DNA of 64,000 nt from Ophelia neglecta (Eukaryota), in the NCBI GenBank assembly GCA_965285935.1, contig OZ260665.1, forward strand, positions 17,732,001 through 17,796,000, written 5' to 3'. Of this stretch, positions 1 to 13,385 are shown piece by piece (within the stretch, counting starts at the first letter, position 1; each line of letters begins with the position of its first letter). Position numbers and translations under genes: made by a program. The notes beneath the pieces are model-generated. The model searched no databases and was not told where the DNA came from. It saw only the letters and a list, made by a program, of their open reading frames with translations.

Positions 1-714
1 AAAATTATGCAGGTAGAGCTAAGTGCGTTGTATAATTCGATGCAAGTTCCCGCTCGGTGTGTTCACTACTTTGCACGTCATATATTCAACGTAAGTATTA
101 CAAATTCAACAGTCTACAAATAAAGCAAGATTTTCAACATCACACCTCGCTCAACTTTTACATAAAGACCAATTAGCAGTGATCATGCGAAGGAAATAAT
201 AAGGTCAAACTAGTTTTATTAAGACGTCCATGTTTACCTTAAAATGTCCACTCGAGATGTCACATATCGGCGAGAATAAAGTTGTTGGAGGGTATGAGCC
301 ATGGCATGTAACGTTTCTTGTAGTCACCCATCTTTCATGCATTATTCAAGTTCTGCTCGGCCAGGTTCTTTTTCGTCCTTGTTTGACTAACGTGCGTCCA
401 TCCAACACAAATAAAAACACGCTTCGTTAAATATATGTCTCTTTAGTAAGACTGGAAACAGTTATTTCGTACTCTACAAATGGATGTATTAGTTATTTTC
501 AGATGAAGATTTTTCTTTTCCTTTTTCAACCTTCCTTTAACTGTCTGTTACATCATTTTGGAGGCATGAGGGCAATGCTAAAGGACACAATATTGATTCA
601 TCAGGTTTATATTTTTGAAGTTTAGCATATACAAACTTTTTTTTCAGAAGATTGAAAACAAATATGATTTGTCTCTTCAGAAATGGCCGAGAAACTATTT
701 TGGGCAAACATCTT

Positions 715-906
715 ATAATCCCCCTCCCCAGTTATATAATGGTGACCTCCTTCCCGTTTACGTTATGGTGTGTCCCTTTCTAGATCCCCTCCCCAGTTAT
801 GTAATGGTACGTCCCTTTCTAGATCCCCTCCCCATTTATGTTATGGTACGTCCCTCTTCGAATACCCCCCCACCCCCCACCCCCCAGGTATTTAATGGTG
901 CGTCCA
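715..906. repeat. Degenerate 39-bp tandem repeat (about 4.5 copies), probably an amplified MITE terminus
   Basis: Units such as GATCCCCTCCCCAGTTATGTAATGGTACGTCCCTTTCTA (783-821) and GATCCCCTCCCCATTTATGTTATGGTACGTCCCTCTTCG (822-860). The last unit ends CCCCCAGGTATTTAATGGTGCGTCC. This explains the repeated YVMVRPFLDPLP in ORF 615..992. Confidence 0.8.
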
Positions 907-2513
907 TCTGCTATAGAAACGGTGATCCCGGGAAACGTGCTTGGCCGACGATTAATAAAACTTCCTTACGATTTGTTTATTCATTTTCATAATAGAAAAG
1001 GTTTCACTAGTTAAACGCACGAATAAGCAGTTTTTAATCCTTTAGCTAATCATGGTCCATTATATCAGATGCTCTTCTGAACACCCTCCTATACAGGGAA
1101 TATGTTTACCTTTTGAAACATGAGTCACTTATTTAATGTTTAAAAAGGTCGGGGCTTTAAGAAACATTATTCTGCTTCCTGAAGAACAAACTTCATTATC
1201 CAACCAAGGGAATTCATTATTTTTGCTAGCATCAACGCAATGAAGGATATTGTTCATTAAAACGTGCAAGCTACTGTGTTGCGTACCGCTTTATTATGTA
1301 TTCTCCTCGAATATATATTCAAACGCATAAACATTAAATAGCCAAGAACATGTAAGCGAAAATAATTGCAATACATACCTAAGCAATAATTAATAGCATG
1401 AAAATAATAGTCAAGAAAGACGACACAACTTCATTACATCTAGAGAGAAGTTGTGTTATTCGGAGAACCCTATCTCCCGTCAAGTCACGCAAGCAACGTT
1501 TATCAGTTCATGATCGTTAAGGGTTAAAAATTTAGGTCAATATATACGTTACAGACCAGCAACATTGTAAAAATTACCAATCAACAACCAGTTTAATTCC
1601 CAGACTAAAGTAGTCTCTAGCACTAATGTTATGGTTTGCTGCCGACGCAGGGATTTCGCTTAAGTGTGCGCTTCCCCTTCGATGTCTGCAAGCTCGCCGT
1701 TCTTCGTCAATGACTGTAGAAATTGGCAGTTTTTAAGATGTTTCAACAGATGAAACCAGGTAAGAATGGTTTCAGCAGTATCTTTTCATAAAGTCGTTTT
1801 TGGGAGGCCTAATGGGTTATTGGATGTTCATCAAGGGAAGAAGTTATTGAAGAATGGCGGGCAGGCATCAAATGAAATTTGCATACATATTGTCCCTTGT
1901 CCTTATGGATTCTTCTTTTTAGTAATGGGCCAATATCAAGTTATTCCAATACCACACTACCGAATGTTTATAGAGCTCGTGATAATTTGTCTGACGCAAG
2001 TAACAGACAAATCAGCTGCTCCATAACATTGTGTTCAAATTGATTTTCATTTGTTGCCCAATAAGGTTGTTTATTACAGAAATCAGTGTGATCTTAAGTC
2101 CCATACAGTCACTAAGCCCAACCCGTTTGATGATGATAATCACATCTAAAGGATGTTGAAAATACTAGATAGGAGAAATGCAAGCCATAACTGTCTTATA
2201 CTTCATATTCTATCTCATCTTTGGAGCTTTCCAAGGACAGCGAGGGCAAAAATATGTTTGCTTGACTATTATTACCGCTATAACTTAGTCAGAACAGCTC
2301 TAAACCTTGTCTCTCTGCTCTGTCTCGAGTGGCTGTAAAGACTATAAATCCCTTATATTGTGTTTACGTAACTACTTGTGATGTTATTCGACTTGTTTGC
2401 TTGCTCGAGCACTTGATTTGCTATTTGACATCAAATATAGAACGTCTCGACTTCCATGTTTTGCTTAAATGTCCAATAATCGGACCCAAGTTAAGCCATG
2501 TATGCTTCTATTG

Positions 2514-2610
2514 AGCTGGGAACAATCTAAAGGGGCCAAGAACAGCATAATGGAGTCAGAACAACCTAATGGGGCCGAGAACAGCATAAAGGAGCATAGA
2601 ATAAACTAAT
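2514..2610. repeat. Short degenerate tandem repeat of alternating 19/20-bp units (39-bp higher-order period)
   Basis: GGGGCCAAGAACAGCATAAT / GGAGTCAGAACAACCTAAT / GGGGCCGAGAACAGCATAAA / GGAGCATAGAATAAACTAAT. Confidence 0.75.
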
Positions 2611-4468
2611 GATCAGATGTTATTTAGTAAGGCATAATGCCCTCCAAAAGCAAACTGGCTGGCGGTGTCATTAGCAAAAGCTCATATTCCTTTGCAATGA
2701 AAACAGAAACGTCAAGTAGTGGACTAGTAACTGATTCGTCATTAACAAGCACAACTCTTACTTAAATCAGTGGAAATAAGACGGCACACCATTTCTAGTT
2801 CATGTTATGTCTTTAATCGTAATCAAGTCAATAAAATTGTGATCTAGATTTATGCACCTGCCTTTTAGCTGAAACGAATGCAACATTTACAATCGAAAAA
2901 TAACTATGACCTCTTTGGGAACTGTTTTAACCCCTTCCTAAATTATGTGAAATATTGTAAATACTTTTTAAAATAATACAGTTTAATTTCCGGTATAAGA
3001 GGTATATTTCTTTGGTACATCCACTGTTCCGAAGTCAAATACGAACATGCGGACGAGAGATATCATTCTTGGGCGGGCTTTTTGCTAAAGTACTTATATG
3101 CACTGCTCGTATGCCTGTGGCCATGTGAGAACCCCTCCAATTAGCCAGAACAGTACTGGTTTATCAGGGGCAAGTTTAAAGGTATGTCGCAAAACTTTAA
3201 TGTAGGAAACTTACAAATACATTGAACGCTTTCGTGAAGGAACATTTTACACAGTGTTCCAGGCCACCCTCACAATCAAATCACAATAAATCGATTTGCC
3301 TGGCTTTTATTATGTATCTGACGGTAGCAATAATTCAGATGGAATCTTCTTGCACCGATAAGACTATATAAGAAAACATAGCATACGGGAAAAAGACAAA
3401 TAATCTGAAGTATTACTGGACGGTTCAGTCACGCATGTTGTATAAAGAAGTAATATGGACAAGGCGAATAAGTGCTTCTTTTATATTGACACGGGATTCA
3501 GACATTCATGCAATAAATATATTTTCCTTGATATTGGAAGTTTAGCACCGAGCAGAAGGATTTATCTGTTTGTGCGGCAGTATAAACTGATTGATGACAC
3601 GACGTTAGTAGCTTATAGATACCTTTGCCATTACTTGATTTATTGTCTTAGTGTTTCTGTAACTATCAGGTCATGTTCAAATATATTCTTTGAACATTTG
3701 AGTCTTTATGTACACGAATGAAGTATAAAGTTACAATTCCATGCACCATGGCAACTTTTAAGACAATTGGATGGAACATGCATAAGAAATTTAGAATACA
3801 ACATGAATTGACTCAAGTTACTATATCTGTTTATAACCTTTTAAGTCTCGATTGTTTCAATAATTTCTGAACTATTTGGAGAACAATTAGCCGAACAAAA
3901 ACATATTTCTGGTATTTTTCACCACATTTGCGAAGGTAAAAACTTTATACACTCCCATCGCCAATCATTGTAGAGTACGAGGATGAGGTCACGATGACGT
4001 CATAAATTCTTAAAGAGTATCAGACACGCTTTTTCATCTGGCGCATACGCGCGTTGTCGCGGTCCAGTGCAGATCATTGCGTCATAAATGCAATGAATTG
4101 CATTATGTCCTTGTAGTAACGTCATATAATGATAAAATAAAAACAGTTATAATGCATTGGCCCTGGGGCAAAACCTTAATCCACTTTATGGCTTTTTAAA
4201 ACATATTTGTTATTGGCTATATCCATTATAAAAACTACGTACCTGAATTTATCTAGTTTTTCGCTGGTGAAGGCAACATAAGCACGTGGGTAGGCTTTAA
4301 TCCTTTACATCTATTTTTAACTGCACTGTTATATCCAAATAAATTGAAATTTGACAGTTTGGAGGAAAATGAAATGTGACCTGTGAATGTGTGGGGCTGT
4401 TGAAAGCATAACAATGAATAAATTTGGTTAAACGGATTCCTAATTAATAGTCGAGTGTTGTTAGCCAA

Positions 4469-4553
4469 CAGGGCTAATATTTTGGACAGTTATTTAGCAC
4501 TTCCCAGAACATATTAGCTAATGGCCAACGGGCGAATGCCAATTTCAATCCTG
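4469..4553. mobile_element. Possible tiny hAT-like MITE remnant
   Basis: Starts CAGGGCT and ends GGGCGAATGCCAATTTCAATCCTG (imperfect CAGG...CCTG termini). No clear TSD. Confidence 0.3.
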
Positions 4554-5686
4554 CATTGGTGACAGATATATAAAAACCAGTGATGGTGCAAAGGAATTTA
4601 ATATAGGAGGGGATGGGTAAAATCAGACATACCCCCTGGAAAGCACTTCATTTAAGTAGTGCATACCAAGGGGACTTGAGCTTAAGGAAGAAGTCCAGTC
4701 ACCAATTTGTGTATTGTGTAATTTTTCTGAACACCTCACCAAGTAAAAAGGATATATAGTTAATTTGTCTGCAAAATTCAAAGCAAGGGTGTGTCCAAAA
4801 AATTTTCGGTAGCACTGTCCCAGACTCATCCCCCAAAAATGCTTAAACCACGGTTAATTCCCTAAGATTGCGAGAAAAGAATAGAATATGCTTCGTTTTT
4901 TGTCCTTTCGGGCTAAATCATACACCTCATACCCCCGCCCCTCCCGATACCCGAACATATTCTATTTGCTCAAAAACCGGTAATTGCTTGAAATAGCGAG
5001 AGATGTTTAACTAAGGGCATCATTTCTTTTGTTATTGCATTCTCTATCTTTGTTACTATAGTAGACTAGATAATTATTATAGATTTCATCCTGAAGATAA
5101 TCATTTCATGATAACCTTTCAACGTTTCCTTCCTGTTAATTTCAGCCTCCTAGCTCCGATACTTTTTGCGCAACCTTTTAACGAGCTATATTGCAGAAGA
5201 TGTAGTAGGGAGTAGAGCGGTGCTAGCTAGATAGCAAATTTCCCAGGCCTATATACTTTACCTGGAATACTGTTACCAGTTACTATGGTCCTAAGGGATG
5301 CCGCGCTTTAACCAAAACAAAAGGCGGCCGCGGAGGAAATTGCTAGTTGCATCATGGTAGAACCCAGCTTAGCAACTTGTATGCCATGAAACTTTAGGCC
5401 ATAGCCTACTAGATGCCAGGCCGGTTAACCACTCCATTTACCGTGTTTAAGCATAGTGTTATGGTTTTTTCTCATACCTTAAAATCAGCTATCGGGATTC
5501 CCTCCAATATTTAACAGTTTCCCCAGCAGCCTGGTCTCCAACCACGGTTTATGGATTCTACCCCAAAGTATATGGGTAAAAGATTTAAGGCATATGGTCA
5601 ATGTCAAGAGGCATATCAGTGATGAGTATAAGTTTAAGATTTACGATAAAGCAAAATAAATCCCCCTCTTTTTAAAAGAAAAGGTT

Positions 5687-5709
5687 GGGGGCGGGGGGGG
5701 GGGGGGGGG
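5687..5709. repeat. Poly-G tract
   Basis: A run of about 22 G with one C interruption. Confidence 0.9.
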
Positions 5710-6429
5710 CTTATAGCTTTATATTTTTTGGTGTTATGTAATATAAGGTAAATATTATTTTAACACATAGAGGCAAATTGGGAATATGCTTGTTACCATG
5801 GTAAACTAAAAAAAAATCAAATTGCCAATTCTGGCCGGATATAGGTCAATCTAGATTTTGACAAAATAGGAACGAATACGAAAGAGCTTGCCTAGATACA
5901 TCAAGCTTGCAGCAAATGATATATGCCAACAGGGTAACCATGGCAACATGATTTTCATGCAAAAGCGCCCAGTATTACAATCATGTGCCCATTATCCCCC
6001 AATGTGATTTGGGACCCCACTTTAAGTTTCGTTTCGGATAAAATCCATTTTGAACACTTGCTTGAGGTTGACAAAGGTTGGCTGGCGCACGCAATTTGGA
6101 GAAGCCTTATTATGAAAACTTACAAACTAGGAAACCCAAAAATAATTATTCTTCAATTTCAGAAACACCTGTAGTTCATCATATTCAGAAATCGTAATTA
6201 TCTAGTTTTTTTTCTCATTTTAGACTTTTCATGTACCTTAATACAGAATTGTGGAGTAAAATGTTGTTGCAAAGTCTTGCCCTGAAAACTTTTCCTAGCC
6301 CAGATATCAGATACACTGAATTAAAACTGCCCAAATTAAATGAATTTTTTCCTTGAGGCCTGCAGGAAACGGATGGATCCAGTAAAGCAATATATGAAGA
6401 ACCCTTGTTACTATATATATTTCTATATA

Positions 6430-7342
6430 ACAATAGAAATCAACAAACTAAAGCTTACCAGATATTCATCTGACCAAACACTGTACCTGTGCCAATAAAA
6501 TATTCACTGACGAGAAAAAGAGGCTGTAAGGTATAAACCAATATTATTCATCACTGGAAAATATTTTTAGCTGTAATGACAACATCTATCATTTCATTGA
6601 AGAAACATTAGCCCCATCTTTTAAATATGCTTGCCTAGAAATATGAGTCTAGCAGAACTCGTGTTGGCATCGCTTCCACTGTATGATTATCGTTGAGGCT
6701 AACTGAGACTGAAAGCAATCTTGTTTATTGTCGAAAGCGGTGCCGGTAGGCTCCCTTCTTACCAGTTTGACCGACCATGTATACACTGATGGAACCGCCG
6801 GTTCTTGTAGAAGAAACTTGCTACATACGCCCATCATGTTTTTTTGTGTCTAATGTTTCAACAGGCCTGCTCATCTTTCCTTAGCTGTTACTTCCATTTC
6901 TGAAAAAAAAACATTCTTTTTAAAATGCACAACACTTAATTGGAATTGGTTGCTGGCAGAAACTCGTGGGCAGAAACTGCTACTATCTTGATCGGAACGA
7001 TGCTGCATCCTTAAACTACCAACATGTTAATCATGATTGCCTTGATATAGTCATAACGGGATATAAAACACTATTGGATACGATGGATCATCGCCACCGG
7101 TTGTAGTCCGGATGTATCAACTTCTTCGAGTAACAAGCGGTGACTTCCTTGTGTGACGTCACACAGTGGCTGAAATTTGGGCTAAAATTAATTAGGCTAG
7201 TTATGGCGGCCCAATTTGGAATGCTCATAGTACTCTTTATATTTTAGGGGGGTGAAATAAAGATTGGTACATGCATTATTAGAACTCCATTTTTATGAAA
7301 CTAAGAAAATTCGGAAATCGTTCAAATCATTCTACTTCGACT
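6430..7342 (-). mobile_element. Decayed THAP-encoding DNA transposon end (Kolobok-like)
   Basis: The minus strand reads TTAA|AGTCGAAGTAG at 7346-7332, i.e. a TTAA target plus RR terminus as in Kolobok. There is a subterminal perfect palindrome TGTGTGACGTCACACA (7150-7165) and a THAP remnant about 300 bp inside. The other terminus was not found, so the left boundary is approximate. Confidence 0.55.
6745..7034 (-). pseudogene. THAP zinc-finger domain remnant
   Basis: Hand translation across frames: MINMLVV*GCS...VSAHEFLP ... KWK*QLRKDE ... GVCSKF ... LQEPAVPSVYTW. This follows the THAP order M..C.V.GC / S.H.FP / W...I.R / VCS.HF / AVP(S/T).F, with stops and frameshifts. Confidence 0.7.
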
Positions 7343-10300
7343 TTAAATAATACAAAAGCAATGTATGCATAATCATTATGATCGATTTTACAAAAACCTT
7401 ATAACTCTCTCATTTAAGAACGCTTTTCAATGCCCTATACATACAAGTATCAAGGTTAAGTGACTCAATTTATATTAATTATTTAACTTCGAGTTGTTGC
7501 ACCGCACAAAGTAAAGCATGCCTCCCCAAATGCACTTCTCAAGGCGACTTAACTCACAGCAGTCAGGTGTGCGTGGGTAAGTTTGTGAAACATATGGCCG
7601 TGCAATTTCCTGCAAGTTGGGATTATAGGCTCAAGTTCAGCAGAGCTTGAATGATCTCTTCCTCATTTCAACTGATATTAACCTGGAAGACGGTGTCTCG
7701 CTAAGAACCTACGTCTGAATTGTATAAAGCTCAAATAAATATCCTCGTCTGTCACGTACACTGTTTCCCAGCCCCTTCAATTCTATCGCCTACATATATC
7801 AATCTGAATATTCGTATAGGCCTTAACGCTTATTGCAAAAAAAAAATAATGCGTTTGACTCGAGTTTACTCGGAAGCTATACTAGGATTATCACTTGCAC
7901 ATTATACCAAAACCTGCAGGACTGCCAATATGATACATTTAATAAGGATCTAATAAATTACTTTCTTGAACTTCCAAAACAATTAATCCATTTACAGTGG
8001 TCTAGCCTATTTTGTAACCTTCACTCGCATTAAATGCATTAACCTTTTAGATGTGTGTCTGATCCCTCGTGTGTCATATGTCGGATTGCATTTTCCTGTG
8101 TTGATTAGAATAAATGAGGACGCAAAGTATCCGAAAAGAAATAAAGGTCAAGAAAATGAAGTCATATTGGACATGTCCGCATTTTCCGAAAACGGTTCGT
8201 TTCCATGAAGATGTAGTTCTTCCTCTTATATTTAAACGGGTTTCAGCTATCCAATTCAATTAAGTCCTTTGACCAGCATGTTGACAGTTTGATTGAAGGA
8301 CTTCCAGCGTAGAGCTGTAGCAGCTTATTATGGAGGAATTAGTGTTAATGCTTTTCAGATTTAAACATCTTAAAAAATTACTCACATTAGAATGCACTTA
8401 CTATATGGACGACAATATTTTCCATTCCAAATTGCCGATAATACGGAGCACCGGTATTTCTTCCAATGAAACTAAACATTGTTAGCTTCGGTGGAATCTT
8501 TGAGCACATCCTGGGATTTTTTGTTGCTTAGAAACGATGCTAACTACACACTCTAATGCAATCCAAGTTAACTGCCATGTTTACCAAACTAAATGATGTG
8601 CAGTTGCGTAAATCACCCTGATTTTATTCGTGAATAAGAAAAACAAAGCGACTGAGGATAATAGGCACACATATACATGTAGGTGGGTGTATAAACCACA
8701 ATTCAATGCGCCTAAAACATGCTAAGTAGCCGTATCCTGGGAAATTAGGTCAATATATATGGAGGACTTTTTATCAACCAATTGACTTAACCTCTTTTAC
8801 TAAAATATTTTGGTGGTTTGTAATCACTTGTTGAAAAATCCCATACCCCTATTGCTCTTTTGTTTTTTTTGAAATATCCTTGGACGCTCGCTGGCGCCAA
8901 ATGACTATCTATTTATACTGTATTCGCGTGCCTGAATTAAAAAGGATATGGTGTTTGAACATACAAGCAACTTAAAATGTCAAGAGAGAATTATATATCT
9001 TCAGTAAAGAAAGTTTGCCAATAAACAGGACATACGAGTTTTTTTTCTTTATATTGGATGGTGAACGCAGGAAATCTTCAATTGGTCAGATTGTGCATTG
9101 TAGCATGCGTTTTAAACCTGTCGATAACTTTATAAAAACTAGGCACAAATAGTAGCACTTTGACATGTTTGTAACTATTACCTAGAAATTAGGACATAGA
9201 AAATTATAATATAAAATTCTAATTTAGGAATGAATAAATTTGTATTATATATAATCTATATCTTCTGTTGGTGTGTCATTGACTCGCAGCACACGTGACA
9301 CTTATTTATCAATGTTATTGGCTAAGTAATATTTTGAAGATGCCCAAGAAAAGGGGTTATTATTTTCCATCAAATATTAAATTACATATACTTTTCATTT
9401 TGGGCAGATGGCCATCAGAAGCGTAAACATGTTGTTTTTTAAATACGGCATGTTAGAAAAAGGCTTCTATTATTGTTTGCGTATGCCAGCTACAAAAGCC
9501 CACTGTAAGATTTGCCCTTCAACCAAATACTTTCAACGTTTTTCATGTTTTCAAAACAACGCCATAGACGGTGATGGCAGGCATTTAATTGTATGAAAAA
9601 GGAAAGACCATTGCAGACATAAAGTTTATTGTATCAATAAAGTAATTTCTACCAAGAAATAATGTTATTGAGTTATAAAGAACTTGAGTCTAGTCACGCT
9701 AACTGAGTCCTAAATCCTGTGCGAAGCTTTGCAATTTCCTTCACATTTGGGTTATAGGCACGATTTTGCACTGCTTAACTAATTTCTACGGTATTTTAAG
9801 TGACATAATAGCGTAAGGAAGAGTTAGGTAGTGACTGAAATATATGTTGATAAAGCAACAGCCGCGTATTCTAATTTGTATAATGACTAAATGCTACGCC
9901 GCATCAAACACGTTTAACCTTTTGCAGCACTGACGCACGTCGCCTCTAGGCATAAATGTGAAAATCCGCCAAATTTTAAACACATTGCAGGCATCTATAA
10001 ATGTGTTTAACATATTAAAGTATTGCACGTCTCTTTAACTTAACCGGGTTTAGTGTTGGCATATTAACGAAAGAATGCACACTGATTATTATTTTTGCAT
10101 TGTAATATTTCACTCATTGAAAATGCAAGATGGACGTACAATTTTATCCTTCATGACATTTTTCGTAGTATCTCAGTTTGAGAAATAGCAATTGGTTTTC
10201 CGACACAAACTTATAATATTCTTTTAAGGTAAATATCATAAATTGTTCAAGGCATATTCCATAAACACGTCATAGTTAGTAGAAAGTTCTAGTTTCTTAT

Positions 10301-13083
10301 CTGCTTATATTTCGTTCAAATGACTCATTTTCATCCAAAAATTACAACGGATGAAATCGATACAATTCTTTTATTTACCTTGCATTTCTCATTTCATTTG
10401 TAAATAAAACCGGAAGCGATACCCGACAGGCAAACCAAGATAACGGATCGGGAAATGGCAAATTATGTGATCTTTTAAAAAAAGACTTGAGATGGCTGGC
10501 TTAAGAGAAAGAAGGTCGAAGTAGGATCCATTGCAAATTCATGATATACCCATAAATTTATCATTCCCGTTATATATACGCGAGATAAATAAAACTGCGT
10601 TGTTTCTTACATGTCATAATTATGAAACATAACACGTGTATATAATTTTATCTTGAAATCCTTTCTGATGAAGTACTGTTGTCTTTCATAAGTGTCCATG
10701 AATTTTATAGTGTTGAGGTGTGCCACAGTAATAATGATGGCCTGTGATGGGTATATGACCATATTAAAGGTATCTGGGAAGTTGAAACTACTTTCAGATG
10801 AAAAGGATCCTGAGACTAATTACATGTTCTAGACTTGCCACTATCGATGTATGAGCATGCCTTAAGGTTGCGTGACTAGACTAAAAGCCAAATAATCAGG
10901 AGCCGGGCGACAGCCATTTGCCGAATATGACAGGATAAAACTAATGCGGCCATTTTTCCATAGAGGACGATGGCTCTTCCTTCGATTAACGTTTCAAAAG
11001 CTGGATTTTCAATTGCTTAAGAAACAAGAGGCCCCATTTTCTGTCCAGCTAAAAATTCTTAGTTGTGCAGGGGAAAAAATCATTTCTTTATCATTAAACA
11101 ACTGTGGAGAAAACCGGGAGTGGCGGCCTGGCAAAAAAAGCCAAGTCAATAATCAAGAATGGTCCATTAATACGAAGTCATCAAAAACTGCAAGTAACAG
11201 GCATAAAATATCCATCCCATATTCGCTGCCCGTACATAGGTCTTTTAGAAAACTTATGTTACAAAAATCAGATTATAATATAAGCACGGGTAATAATCGA
11301 ATTCTCGGCAGGCAAGCCTTAATGAGGATCTTATTTCAATACAATGTCTCAGAAACCTTTCCATGGTGATGCCTTTTTAGTCAAATCCAACTCTAAAGTC
11401 CTATCCTCGCTATACATCAACCGCAGTCAAGGCCTTGCTGCCAGCAGCATTATGATTGTTCCAGGATTTAAGTTGTTTCAAACCAATAAACCGCAATATC
11501 CTTGTGATGAAAAGTAGCCCATGAAATAAGTTTAAAGACATCTATTTACACATTTTGCATTGAAAGAAGCATGAGCCTTAAAATGGTAAACTCTGAACAA
11601 AGAATTGTGACAATATTTACAAAAACGAATATGACAAAATGATATTATGGATGTGGTGTGAGACTTACAATACAGGATATAATCAAAGCACAGACTGATC
11701 AAAGAATGTAAATGCCATGAATGCCACATAAAAATATAGGAATTTCTCATATTTGTTATTCACGGCATGTTCAACTACGGCCTAAACCCTTCGCTAGAGT
11801 TATATTTGTTTTCAAAATGACGGTGCAAAAGATTCCTAGATTGATACTCTAGCACGGGCTAGATCATGTTGCTAATTACGTGATTCTTTTATCGGCCAAT
11901 TCAGTTAAAAAGTCACGTAGCTCACGTTAAGGATGAATCGCAAAAATCTTGCAAATAAAAAGCGACGGAAAATTCAACATTAGTTTTAACGTCAATGGAA
12001 GTGAAGGCAAATGGATTTCTTAACTTTTTTCTGGCGAAAATAATGCGTCATAAGTCGAGACCGAATTAGTATCCTGGAACGCTATGAAGTTACCATCCAA
12101 CAATGCTGTTGTACATGAAAGTAGCTTTTTTCGCCTAACCTATTACCTTTTTGTTTTTACCTATTTTCTAACAAATTTGGTCGAATTATTCTACATTTGA
12201 AGTATTCGCAAAGTAGTTTTTGCTGTTTACAAATGTTGTTGGAGATTGGCTGGAGATATCCTTATACCCATGCCAAGGCAAAGTGAGGCCAAATGGTTAG
12301 AACCGTGCGCGGTCCCCCTTTTTATGAAAATGTGATGCTTAGAGCAAGAAAAAATGTGTGAACCAATGAATTATAATCTTTTCTTTTGACGCCTTGCCTG
12401 CGGATTTACACAATCCCCGCATAAGATGTTCAATGAAAACACAGTTAATACGCGGGCAGTAACCAGATAAATCAAACGAAAAACGCCCTGACTGAATATA
12501 ATCGATTGATTTATACTACAAAGTGAAATTCTCTGGATTGGCCAAATAAAGTCTTAAGCAGGAGCTTCATAGTTTGACCCAAAGCTTTTCGATTTATTCC
12601 TAAAGTATCGACGTCGCAGAGCAAATAGCACAAAAAGTAATTTCCTTGTTACAAAACTCGTGTTTCAACTGGTAAGCTAAAAGTATATGTAATGCTGTTA
12701 TAGACAAGTCTAGGTTTATTCGAGTTGTCACGCTTTAGTGCACTCGATCAAAGTTAAGTGCAAGCCAAATATTACTCAACTCCATAATAACATTTACCAT
12801 TTTATGCTTTTGTAAGTAGCATAAACTAGCACAATGAACATGGCATAGTTGTAAAATAACTAGTATAGCCCTCCCTATGATGTGGACTAGTCATATGCAA
12901 TGCCCTCCTCTGCTAGATTTAAAAACGATACTAGACTACGTTTTCATGAATGTTTTTATTGATCAATAGGCGGTTTTAGAAGAACTTTTGAAAGTGTATA
13001 AGACACTTTGCCATATTTCCAAGTGCATACAAAAATAGTGATGCCCTCGAATCAAAGTTTCACGATTAACAATCCTATGATAA

Positions 13084-13385
13084 GGAAGCACAAGGGCGTC
13101 AAGCAAATCGAAGACTGGAATAATAATTAAGAAGGATTTCAAAACCGGATTCTTTTTCTATACCGGTGACGCTAATAATCCTGCATTAGATGATGTGAGT
13201 GCTCCCGAGCGAGATGTTTGTATAATCAGTCCTTAGTTCACACCGGGAGCCCCAAAAATTTAACAGGGGTAATTGTGAGCGATGGTTCTGCTAGTTCTTT
13301 CACTAGAACCAACCGCTGTGACGTTTAATGATGGTTTAGCGTATTAGTAGCCGACTGAAAGAGATTTAAGCAGCACCCTTGACAT
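13084..13385 (+). pseudogene. Possible fibrinogen-related domain (FReD) remnant
   Basis: DWNNN*EGF is one substitution per codon from W..YK.GF. It is followed by TGFFFYTGDAN, DGLAY and STLD, in the order and rough spacing of FReD motifs (GEFWLG, GDSL.YH, FST.D). Confidence 0.35.

Noticed and set aside
615-992. 125-aa proline-rich ORF
   Set aside because: Non-ATG start; explained by the 39-bp repeat and C-runs.
10944-11369. 141-aa ATG ORF
   Set aside because: No recognisable motif or convincing exon structure; the length is reachable by chance in 64 kb.
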